64,000 nt of DNA, taken from the NCBI GenBank assembly GCA_022820805.1, contig JAJEEV010000037.1:71923-135922 (forward strand). Reading direction: 5' to 3'. The first letter of the stretch is position 1. The number at the start of each line of letters is the position of its first letter. Position numbers and translations under genes: made by a program. Source of the stretch: Acidimicrobiia bacterium (GTDB lineage: Bacteria > Actinomycetota > Acidimicrobiia > Acidimicrobiales > Aldehydirespiratoraceae). Shown here piece after piece: positions 45,695 to 53,408 of the stretch. A model generated the notes under the pieces. That model was not told the DNA's origin. It saw only the letters and a list, made by a program, of their open reading frames with translations, and ran no database searches.

Positions 45695-45717
45695 GATGCG
45701 CTCTGCCGGCCGGTCAT
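45691..45717 (-). CDS. Junction mini-ORF (8 aa)
   Basis: ATG overlaps mtaD TGA (ATGA 45714-45717); its TGA overlaps the next GTG. Confidence 0.2.
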   Translation of the reverse strand: MTGRQSAS

Positions 45718-47039
45718 CGGGCCAGTCGCCGGGCCCGGGCCTGGGCGTCGGCCACGGCCGCGGCCACGTCCACCGTCAGCACCCGGTCGCCGTCCACCAC
45801 CTTGCGTCCGGCCACCCACACCCCGCTGACCGCGCCGGGCGAGCCCGACCAAACGATCCTCGAGAGCGGGTCGTCCTCGCCGTCGATCACCGGGTTCAGC
45901 GCGGGCTCGGACCCCGACAGTTCCATCATGTCGGCCCAGCATCCCGGCGCCAGCCGGCCCAGCTCGTCGCCCCAGCCCAGCACCTCGGCGGCCCCGGCAG
46001 TCGTCATCCGCAGCGCCTCGGCCGGAGGCAGGGTCTGGGCGTCACCGGAGCGGATCCGGGCGGTGCGGATGGCGGTGCGCATCTCCTCGAACAGGTCGAG
46101 GCGGTGATGCGACGCCGGCCCGTCGGTGCCGATCGCCACCCGCAGTCCGGCCGCCCGCATCTGGGTCACCGGCGCCACCCCCGAGGCGTGCTTGGCGTTG
46201 GAGCACGGGCAGTGGACCACGGCGGTGTCGTTGCGGGCCAGCACCTCGATGTCGTCGGCGGTGAGCCACACGCCGTGGGCCGCGATCACGTCGCCCTCCA
46301 GCAGCCCGAGCGACTCCAGGTACTCGGGTGCGGCCAGCCCCCCGGACCGTTCCCGCACGGCGGCGTCCTCCCACTGCTGCTCGGCGAGGTGGATGTGCAC
46401 CGCCATGCCGGTGTCGGCGGCCCGGGCCGCGATGGCGCTGAGGCACTCCTTCGACACCGAGTAGGCCGCATGGGCCGCGATCCCGGCCCTGATCCGGTCG
46501 CTGGCGGACCAGCGGTCCCGCAGCGCCACCATCTCGTCGAGCTGCTCGGGCCACGGTCCGGTCAACGTGAAGTCGGCGTCCTCGATCACGCCCGGGGTGA
46601 CGAGGCATCGCATCCCGGCCTGATCGACGGCTTCGGCCATGGCCTGCCCGGCGAAGTACATCTCGACGGAGGTGGTGATGCCGTTGGACAGCATCTCGGC
46701 CGCTCCCAGCAGCATCCCGGCTCGCACGTCGTCGTCGGTGAGCTTCGACTCGCGGGGCCACATCACCTCGTGCAGCCACCGGTCCACCGGCAGCCCCTCG
46801 CCCGCGCCCCGCAGCAGCACCATCGGGGTGTGGCAGTGGGCGTTGATGAGGCTGGGCATGAGGATCCCGGCCCGGTGCACGTTGGTGCCGGGTTCGAGCC
46901 GGGGCGCGTCGGCGGCCGGTCCGCACCAGGTGATGCGCCCGTCGTCGTCGACGTCCACGGCCCCGCCCGTTACCGGCGCGGGCACTCCGCCGGCCGGCCC
47001 GTCCATGGTGACGAGCACGTCGCACAGGTACCGGTCCAT
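45714..47039 (-). CDS. mtaD: 5'-methylthioadenosine/S-adenosylhomocysteine deaminase-like amidohydrolase
   Basis: LINAHCHTPMVLLRGAGEGLPVDRWL, GTDGPASHH; adjacent to mtnA and a PNP-family gene. Confidence 0.8.
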   Translation of the reverse strand: MDRYLCDVLVTMDGPAGGVPAPVTGGAVDVDDDGRITWCGPAADAPRLEPGTNVHRAGILMPSLINAHCHTPMVLLRGAGEGLPVDRWLHEVMWPRESKLTDDDVRAGMLLGAAEMLSNGITTSVEMYFAGQAMAEAVDQAGMRCLVTPGVIEDADFTLTGPWPEQLDEMVALRDRWSASDRIRAGIAAHAAYSVSKECLSAIAARAADTGMAVHIHLAEQQWEDAAVRERSGGLAAPEYLESLGLLEGDVIAAHGVWLTADDIEVLARNDTAVVHCPCSNAKHASGVAPVTQMRAAGLRVAIGTDGPASHHRLDLFEEMRTAIRTARIRSGDAQTLPPAEALRMTTAGAAEVLGWGDELGRLAPGCWADMMELSGSEPALNPVIDGEDDPLSRIVWSGSPGAVSGVWVAGRKVVDGDRVLTVDVAAAVADAQARARRLAR

Positions 47040-47133
47040 CGCCCCACCCTAGAGAACCGCTAGCCCTCCGGATTCCCTGCGAGCGCGATTGGCAGCGGGT
47101 TGCACGCATACGGCGCATATCCTCCCGCGGCCC

Positions 47134-47258
47134 TCCCCTCAGATCTCGGGTGTGGAACCGGTTGTATGCCGGTGCTGTTCGCCCCGAGATTGCGTCCCTC
47201 AGATCTCGGGTGTGGAACCGGTTGTATGCCCGTGCTGTTCGCCCCGAGATTACGTCCC
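47134..47258. repeat. Family-2 hairpin repeat, about 2 units (60-bp period)
   Basis: CAGATCTCGGGTGTGGAACCGGTTGTATGCC at 47140 and 47200; CGCCCCGAGATT at 47180 and 47240. Confidence 0.85.
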
Positions 47259-47347
47259 CGGGCTGCCAGTTCGTGTGGGCCGTGGGCGGGCCGTTCCGAG
47301 GTCGTCGGCCGGGATTTCGGCGACATCCGGGCGACAACTAGCCTGCC

Positions 47348-48373
47348 GTGCGCATGAACGAGAGCGGGCTGAGGACGCTGGACTGGGTCGGCGGGGCCGG
47401 CGGCGCGGTCGAGATGGTCGACCAGACCCGGCTGCCGGCCGCCTACACCGTGCTGCGCATCGACACCGTGCCCGACATGGTGGCCGCCATCCAGCGGCTG
47501 TCGGTGCGGGGCGCTCCCGCCATCGGCGTGGCCGGCGCCTTCGGGGTGGCGCTGGCGGTGCAGGCCCACGGCACCAGCGGTCCGGCCTTCGACACCGCCG
47601 TCGCCTCGTTACGCCAGGCCCGCCCCACCGCCGTGAACCTGGCCCGAATGGTGGACCGGGCCGCGGCCCGTGCCCCCGACGGCTTCGACGCAGTCCTGGC
47701 CGAGGCCCAAGCCATCCGCGACGAGGAGTTGGCCGCCTCGGTCGCCATGGGCAACCTGGGCGCCGACCTGGTGCTGGACCTGGTGGGCCGCCCCGACGTG
47801 CGGGCCATGACCATCTGCAACACCGGCGGGCTGGCCACCGTGGAGCGGGGCACCGCCCTGGCCGTGATCCAGACCCTGCATGAGCGGGGCCGGCTGGCCG
47901 AGGCCCTGGCCCTGGAGACGAGGCCGCTGCTCCAGGGCGCCCGGCTCACCGCCTGGGAGCTCGACCGCATGGGCGCCCCCCACCGCCTGCTGGTGGACTC
48001 GGCCGGGCCGTTCATGCTGGCCAGGGGCCAGGCCGACGTGGTGCTCACCGGCGCTGACCGGGTGGCCGCCAACGGCGACACCGCCAACAAGATCGGCACG
48101 TTCTCGCTGGCGCTGGGAGCCCGCCACGCCGGCGTGCCGTTCATCGTGGTCGCGCCCGAGTCCACCGTCGACGCCGACACCCCCGACGGCGCTGGCATCG
48201 CCATCGAGGACCGGGGCACCGACGAGGTGGTGTCCCTGGCCGGCGTGGCCACCGCCCCCGACGGCACCGAGGCCGCCAACCCCGCCTTCGACGTCACCCC
48301 GGCCGACCTGATAACCGCGGTCGTCACCGACCAGCGCATAGTCCGCTTGGACCAGAACCAAACCCCCGCCTGA
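47348..48373 (+). CDS. mtnA: S-methyl-5-thioribose-1-phosphate isomerase
   Basis: VRGAPAIGVAGAFG, TICNTGGLAT, GADRVAANGDTANKIGT; GTG 47348 or ATG 47354. Confidence 0.9.
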   Translation: MRMNESGLRTLDWVGGAGGAVEMVDQTRLPAAYTVLRIDTVPDMVAAIQRLSVRGAPAIGVAGAFGVALAVQAHGTSGPAFDTAVASLRQARPTAVNLARMVDRAAARAPDGFDAVLAEAQAIRDEELAASVAMGNLGADLVLDLVGRPDVRAMTICNTGGLATVERGTALAVIQTLHERGRLAEALALETRPLLQGARLTAWELDRMGAPHRLLVDSAGPFMLARGQADVVLTGADRVAANGDTANKIGTFSLALGARHAGVPFIVVAPESTVDADTPDGAGIAIEDRGTDEVVSLAGVATAPDGTEAANPAFDVTPADLITAVVTDQRIVRLDQNQTPA

Positions 48374-48427
48374 CCGCACCGCGCCCGCCCCCCGAGGAGC
48401 ACCGGATCACCTAGCGCTGAGGCCCTC

Positions 48428-49606
48428 TCAGTCGCTGGCCTTCGGCCTCGTGTACTCCGCTAGGCCCATGCCCCTCCATAGCAGGCCGCCGATCAGCGTC
48501 AACGCCATCAGCGCCGGGATCACCGTCCACACCAGGCCCCGGCCGGAGATGTCGTAGAGCCAGGCCCCCAGTACCGACGCCACCCCGCCCAGCAGCACCT
48601 CGGTGGCGCCCATGAGCCCCTGCGACGACGCCTGGCGGTCGTTGCTCACCGTCTGCGAGTAGGCGTAGAGGCCGGCGGTGAAGCCCATGCCCGCGCCGAT
48701 GCCCATCACCATCGATGCCGCCACCAGGGTCCACATCGAGTCGAACACGCCCAGCAGCACTCCCACCGCGGCCGACGCCAGCAGCCCACCGGCGCACAGC
48801 CGCGTCCCGCCGGTGCGCTGGCCCCATACCCCCGCCACCGGGGCCAGGACTCCCATCGGGATGGCGAACAGGGTGAAGCTCACCCCGACCTCCCACGTGG
48901 CCGCGCCGAGGTCGACGAGGCTGACCGCCCACACCGCCTCCCACGCCCCGACCATCACGAACTGGCTGGTGACCAGCACCAGCGTGCCGGCCACCACCCG
49001 GTCTCGCAGCAGCCGCAGCGAGCTTGTGGTGCGGGTGCCGACGGCGCCCTCGTCGGTCTCGAGGCGGCCCATCATCACTACGGTCGCACCGGCGACGACC
49101 GCCAGCACATAGAAGGGCACGTCCAGGTTGAAGGCGTCGGCCAGCAGGGCCGCCGCGGCCGGGGTGAGCGCGAACCCGATGATCTCGACCACGCCGAGCC
49201 GGCCGAGGTTGCGGCCGGTGTGGGCCGGGTCGGCCAGGATGACGGTGCGGCGGATGGCGGGCTGGGCCGCCCCGATGGCGATGCCGAGGACCGCTCTCGC
49301 CCCGAGCATCGTCCAGAAGCCGGTGCTGGCCGCGAACCCGACCATGCTGACCGCCGCGGCCACCAGCCCGAGCCGTACCATCAGGGGCGCATGCCCCCGG
49401 TCGGCTACCCGGGCCAGGGTGATCTGGGTGACGAAGGCGGTGAAGAACCCGGCGCCGACGATCAGCCCGAGCTGGGTCTCGCTCAGCCCGAACTCGTCCC
49501 GCAGGTCGCCGAGCAGGGTGACGACCGAGGCCAGCGACCCTATGCACAGGCCCTGGGCCAGGTAATAGGAGAGCAGCCGAGGCTCCCGAGCCCTCTCGGT
49601 CAGCAT
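48428..49606 (-). CDS. MFS transporter
   Basis: 12-helix-type hydrophobic profile, ARVADRGHAP loop motif. Confidence 0.8.
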   Translation of the reverse strand: MLTERAREPRLLSYYLAQGLCIGSLASVVTLLGDLRDEFGLSETQLGLIVGAGFFTAFVTQITLARVADRGHAPLMVRLGLVAAAVSMVGFAASTGFWTMLGARAVLGIAIGAAQPAIRRTVILADPAHTGRNLGRLGVVEIIGFALTPAAAALLADAFNLDVPFYVLAVVAGATVVMMGRLETDEGAVGTRTTSSLRLLRDRVVAGTLVLVTSQFVMVGAWEAVWAVSLVDLGAATWEVGVSFTLFAIPMGVLAPVAGVWGQRTGGTRLCAGGLLASAAVGVLLGVFDSMWTLVAASMVMGIGAGMGFTAGLYAYSQTVSNDRQASSQGLMGATEVLLGGVASVLGAWLYDISGRGLVWTVIPALMALTLIGGLLWRGMGLAEYTRPKASD

Positions 49607-49644
49607 GTCGCGGCGTCAGCGGGACTGCTTGCGGGGCCTCACGG

Positions 49645-49715
49645 AGCGGATGACGAGAATCGAACTCGCATTCTCAGCTTGGGAAGCTGATGTTCTACCA
49701 TTGAACTACACCCGC
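49645..49715 (-). tRNA. tRNA-Gly (anticodon CCC)
   Basis: Cloverleaf read by hand: acceptor GCGGGTG/CATCCGC, D arm GTTC-AATGGTA-GAAC, anticodon arm TCAGC-TTCCCAA-GCTGA, T arm GCGAG-TTCGATT-CTCGT, discriminator T; CCA not fully encoded. Confidence 0.9.
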
Positions 49716-49753
49716 GGAAGGCCCCGATCGTAGCCATCGCAGAGTCCCCTGCA

Positions 49754-50030
49754 CCGTCCTGGGCTGGTTCTCGGGTGTGTTGTGTGTCGTACACCCGCCG
49801 CTGCGCTCCCGAGAATTGGTGGGTCCGTCCTCGGCTGGTTCTCGGGTGTGTTGTGTGTCGCACACCCCCTGCTGCGCTCCCGAGAATTGGTGGGTCCGTC
49901 CTCGGCTGGTTCTCGGGTGTGTTGTGTGTCGTACGCCCGCCGCTGCGCTCCCGAGAATTGGTGGGTCCGCCCTCGGCTGGTTCTCGGGTGTGTTGTGTGT
50001 CGCACGCCCCCTGGTGCGCTCCCGAGAATT
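49754..50030. repeat. Tandem array, 4 copies of a 71-bp hairpin-containing unit (family 2b)
   Basis: GGCTGGTTCTCGGGTG at 49762, 49833, 49904, 49975; each unit also has GTGTGTCG(T/C)AC(A/G)CC and CTCCCGAGAATT. Confidence 0.9.
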
Positions 50031-50050
50031 CGTCGGCCGGCGGCGAACCG

Positions 50051-50830
50051 CTAGGTGTAGCGGACGTAGACCGGGCGATCGGTGGACGAGCGGTCGGCGT
50101 CGAACCCGTAGCCGAGGCCGTCGAAGTCCCGCAGGCCCCGCACCGACTTCACCCGGTTGCGGATGATCCAGCCCGCCATCGACCCCCGGGCCCGCTTGGC
50201 GAAGAACGAGATCATCTTGGGCTCCTTGTCGCCCCGCCCGTCGAGGAACGCCGGCGTCACCAGCCGCCCCTCCAGCCGCCGGGTGTCCACCGAGCGGAAG
50301 TACTCGTTGGACGCCAGGTTCACCACCACCGCCGGCCCCGGGCTCTCGGCCAGGTCGGCGTTGAGCATGTCGGTGATGCGCTCGCCCCAGTAGTCGTAGA
50401 GGTCGCGGCCCCGGTCGGTGGCCAGCTTCGACCCCATCTCCAGCCGGTAGGGCTGCATCAGGTCCAGTGGGCGCAGCACCCCGTACAGCCCCGACAGGAT
50501 GCGCAGCACCTTCTGGGCGTGGGTGTAGTCGCGCTCGGTGAAGGTGGCCGCCGCGTCCATGCCCTGGTACACGTCGCCGGCGAAGGCCAGCAGCGCGGGC
50601 CGGGCGTCGGCGGTTGTGAAGGGCTCCTGGAAGTCCTGGTATCGCTCGAAGTTGAGCTCGGCCAGCTCGGCGGAGATGTCCATGAGCCTGGCGATCTCGT
50701 CGGGAGACTTCTGGCGCATCACGTCCACCAGCGGCGACGCCTCGTCCAGCATCCGGGGCTGGGAGTGCTTGCGGGTGGGCAGCGCCGAGCTGTAGTCGAG
50801 CGCCTTGGCCGGTGAGACCACGATCAGCAT
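50051..50830 (-). CDS. yaaA: Peroxide stress protein YaaA (DUF328/UPF0246)
   Basis: MLIVVSPAKALD, PALLAFAGDVYQG, NLASNEYF. Confidence 0.9.
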   Translation of the reverse strand: MLIVVSPAKALDYSSALPTRKHSQPRMLDEASPLVDVMRQKSPDEIARLMDISAELAELNFERYQDFQEPFTTADARPALLAFAGDVYQGMDAAATFTERDYTHAQKVLRILSGLYGVLRPLDLMQPYRLEMGSKLATDRGRDLYDYWGERITDMLNADLAESPGPAVVVNLASNEYFRSVDTRRLEGRLVTPAFLDGRGDKEPKMISFFAKRARGSMAGWIIRNRVKSVRGLRDFDGLGYGFDADRSSTDRPVYVRYT

Positions 50831-50913
50831 CGTGCCGTTATACCCCGACCAACGCCCGTCCCCGAAATTGGTGCGGATTGTGGGTGTCCAGTAGCCGTTT
50901 CGTCGCCAGTTTC

Positions 50914-50970
50914 GGGGGGGGGGACCGGTTCGGGCTGGGCTGGTTCGGGCTGGGCTGGTTCGGGCGGGAC
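50914..50970. repeat. G10 homopolymer followed by a short GGGCTGGTTCGGGCT-type tandem repeat
   Basis: G run 50914-50923; GGTTCGGGCTGGGCT repeated 2.5x; lies between the aminotransferase stop and the yaaA start. Confidence 0.8.
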
Positions 50971-50974
50971 CGGT

Positions 50975-52225
50975 TCAGGCGGCGGTGGCCTTCTCCGCGT
51001 CGGCCTTGTCGGCGCCCGACTCCCCGGCACCGGCACCGGCCCCGGCGCTCGGCTCTAGCTCTGGCAGGCAGCGGCGCAGGTTGCGGATCCCCTGGCCGAT
51101 GCGCTGGCGGTTCTCGATCAGCGCGAACCGCACATGACCCTCACCGCCGGGCCCGAACCCCACGCCCGGCGAGACGGCCACATGGGCCTCCCGCACCAGC
51201 TTCGACGCGAACTCGATGGAATCCATGTGCTGGTACGGCTCGGGGATCCTGGCCCACACGAACATGGTCCCCTTGGGCGGCTCCACCTCCCAGCCGATGC
51301 GGTTGAGGCCCTCGCACAGGGCGTCCCGCCGGCGCTCGTACACCGCGCACGCCTCCAGCGGGTAGTCGGGCTGCTCCAGCAGCGTGACCGCCGCCGCGAT
51401 CTGGATCGGTTGGAACGACCCGTAGTCGAGGTAGCTCTTGAGCTTGGCCAGCGCGGCCACCACCTCGGCGTTGCCCAGCATGAACGCCATCCGCCACCCG
51501 GCCATCGAGAACGACTTGGTGCACGAGTAGAACTCCACCGCGCACTCCTTGGCCCCGTCCACCTGCAGGATCGACGGCGGCTGGTACCCGTCGAAGCCGA
51601 GGTCGGCGTAGGCGTTGTCGTGCACGATCAGCATGTCGTGCTCGCGGGCCCAGTCCACCACCTTCTGCATGAAGTCGAGGTCGACGCAGGTGGTGGTGGG
51701 GTTGTGCGGGAACGAGATCACCGCCACCCGGGGCTTGGGCCGGCTGTAGTGCCAGGTGAGCTGCATCCGGTGGACGAACTCGTCGCCGCCGGCGAGGGGC
51801 ACCTCCCGGATCTGGGCGCCCGCGAACAGCGGTCCGTAGATGTGGATCGGGTAGCTGGGGGTGGGCACCAGGCAGGTGTCGCCGGGCTGGAGCAGCACCC
51901 ACATAAGGTGGCTGAACCCCTCCTTGGCGCCGATGGTGTTGATGACCTCGGTGTCGGGGTCGAGCTCCACCCCGAAGCGGCTCTGGTACAGCGCGGCGAT
52001 GTTGCGGCGCAGCGCGGGCAGGCCCCGGCTGGACGAGTAGCGGTGGTTGCGGGGGTTGCGGGCCGCCTCGCACAGCTTGTCGACGGCGATGTCGGGCGAC
52101 GGCAGGTCGGGGTTGCCGAACCCGAGGTCGATGATGTCGGCGCCGTCGTGGCGGAGCTTGATCTTCAGGTCGTTGATGATCGTGAAGACGTATGGGGGCA
52201 GGCCGTTGATCCGGCGGAACTCCAT
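50975..52225 (-). CDS. Class I/II PLP aminotransferase, AlaC-like
   Basis: FRRINGLPPYVF, DLGFGNPD, SYPIHIYG, SCTKSFSMAGWR (PLP lysine); codons between 52225 and ATG 52267 have low GC3, so the start is set at 52225. Confidence 0.85.
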   Translation of the reverse strand: MEFRRINGLPPYVFTIINDLKIKLRHDGADIIDLGFGNPDLPSPDIAVDKLCEAARNPRNHRYSSSRGLPALRRNIAALYQSRFGVELDPDTEVINTIGAKEGFSHLMWVLLQPGDTCLVPTPSYPIHIYGPLFAGAQIREVPLAGGDEFVHRMQLTWHYSRPKPRVAVISFPHNPTTTCVDLDFMQKVVDWAREHDMLIVHDNAYADLGFDGYQPPSILQVDGAKECAVEFYSCTKSFSMAGWRMAFMLGNAEVVAALAKLKSYLDYGSFQPIQIAAAVTLLEQPDYPLEACAVYERRRDALCEGLNRIGWEVEPPKGTMFVWARIPEPYQHMDSIEFASKLVREAHVAVSPGVGFGPGGEGHVRFALIENRQRIGQGIRNLRRCLPELEPSAGAGAGAGESGADKADAEKATAA

Positions 52226-52260
52226 CAGCCGAAAACTAACAGCCCGCTTGCGGCGATCAA

Positions 52261-52274
52261 GTGACATTTGTCAC
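52261..52274. promoter_or_regulatory. Palindrome GTGACATTTGTCAC (GTGA-N6-TCAC, CRP/GlxR-type core)
   Basis: 36-49 nt upstream of the aminotransferase start 52225. Confidence 0.3.
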
Positions 52275-52366
52275 GGCTCGCCGGGCCTGGCGGCGGATCC
52301 GGGGGGCCGGCGGCGCCGTGCTGGCCTACGCTCCTCGCATGGACGGCGGATCGATGAGCCCGGCCC

Positions 52367-52430
52367 GTGCTGGTGATGGCGGTGCTGGTGATGGCGGTGC
52401 TGGTGCTGGCGGTGCTGGTGCCGGCGGTGG
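52367..52430. repeat. 15-bp tandem repeat GTGCTGGTG(A/C)(T/C)GGCG x4
   Basis: Units at 52367, 52382, 52397, 52412. Confidence 0.85.
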
Positions 52431-52449
52431 GCTCCGCTGCACCTCCCCC

Positions 52450-52584
52450 GGCTGGTTCTCGGGAGTGTTGGGTGTCGTACACCCCCCGGTGCGCTCCCGA
52501 GAATCGGTGGCCCCGCCCTCACCTGGTTCTCGGGAGTGTTGGGTGTCGTATAGCCGCCTCCACGCTCCCGAGAAATCTCGGGGC
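52450..52584. repeat. Family-2 hairpin repeat, about 2 units (71-bp period, family 2c)
   Basis: CTGGTTCTCGGGAGTGTTGGGTGTCGTA at 52452 and 52523; ends in tight palindrome CCCGAGAAATCTCGGGG. Confidence 0.85.
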
Positions 52585-52631
52585 GGTGGAGCGGCCGGTG
52601 CCGGCGTCGGCTGCGGGCCGGGAGCGGCTCG

Positions 52632-53195
52632 GTGATCCTGTCGGACCGCTCGATCCGGGAGGCGCTCGACGCGGGCCGCATCGTCATCGACCCGCTCGGC
52701 GAGGGCGCGGTGCAGCCGTCGTCGGTGGACCTGCGCCTCGACGACAGTTTCCGGGTGTTCCGCAACCACTCGCTGGGCCACATCGACGTGAAGCGGGACC
52801 TGTCGGAGCTGACGACGCTGGTGGGCGCCGACGACGACAACCCGTTCATCCTGCATCCGGGCGAGTTCGTGCTGGGGGCCACCCTGGAGCGGGTGGCGCT
52901 GGCCGACGATCTGGTGGCCCGCCTGGAGGGCAAGTCGTCGCTGGGCCGCCTGGGCCTGCTGATCCACTCGACCGCGGGGTTCGTCGATCCCGGCTTCGAG
53001 GGGCAGCTCACCCTGGAGTTGTCGAATGTGGCCAACCTGCCGATCACCCTGTATCCGGGCATGCGCATCGGCCAGATCAGCTTCCAGATGATGACCACTC
53101 CGGCCGACACGCCATACGGGTCGGGGGAGTTGGGTTCGAAGTACCACGGCCAGCGGGGGCCGGTCCCGTCCCGCTACTGGGAGAACTTCAGCTAG
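52632..53195 (+). CDS. dcd: dCTP deaminase
   Basis: [40 protein letters not shown]. Confidence 0.9.
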   Translation: MILSDRSIREALDAGRIVIDPLGEGAVQPSSVDLRLDDSFRVFRNHSLGHIDVKRDLSELTTLVGADDDNPFILHPGEFVLGATLERVALADDLVARLEGKSSLGRLGLLIHSTAGFVDPGFEGQLTLELSNVANLPITLYPGMRIGQISFQMMTTPADTPYGSGELGSKYHGQRGPVPSRYWENFS

Positions 53196-53199
53196 CGCA

Positions 53200-53395
53200 G
53201 CCCGCAGCCCGGAGCCCGTGGCCTGTGGCCGGCAGCCTGTGGCCGGCAGCCCGTGGCCTGTGGCCGGCAGCCCGGAGCCCGTGGCCTGTGGCTCGGAGCC
53301 CGTGGCCTGTGGCCGGCAGCCTGTGGCTCGGAGCCCGGGGCCTGTGGCCGGCAGCCCGTGGGCCGGCAGCCCGTGGCCCGGCTTGGCCTGGGTGG
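53200..53395. repeat. Degenerate GC-rich short tandem repeats (GCCCGTGGCCTGTGGCCGGCA-type)
   Basis: Fills the convergent gap between the dcd stop (53195) and the P450 stop (53409). Confidence 0.8.
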
Positions 53396-53408
53396 GCCGG
53401 GCCGAGGG

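Larger units (their letters stand above)
45521..45700. repeat. Junction minisatellite: 5' end of the cupin gene plus its upstream region repeated (periods 71 and 80 bp)
   Basis: TCGATCACGT(C/A)GTCAGCGTTCA at 45521, 45592, 45672; CATGGTTGTGTCCTTGCCGCGGTTGCTGTG at 45541 and 45612. Confidence 0.85.

Noticed and set aside
49645-50050. tRNA-Gly with adjacent repeats, considered as an integration site of a genomic island or prophage
   Set aside because: There is no integrase or recombinase, no duplicated tRNA 3' segment and no compositional shift in the neighbouring genes. The repeats belong to the dispersed family 2.
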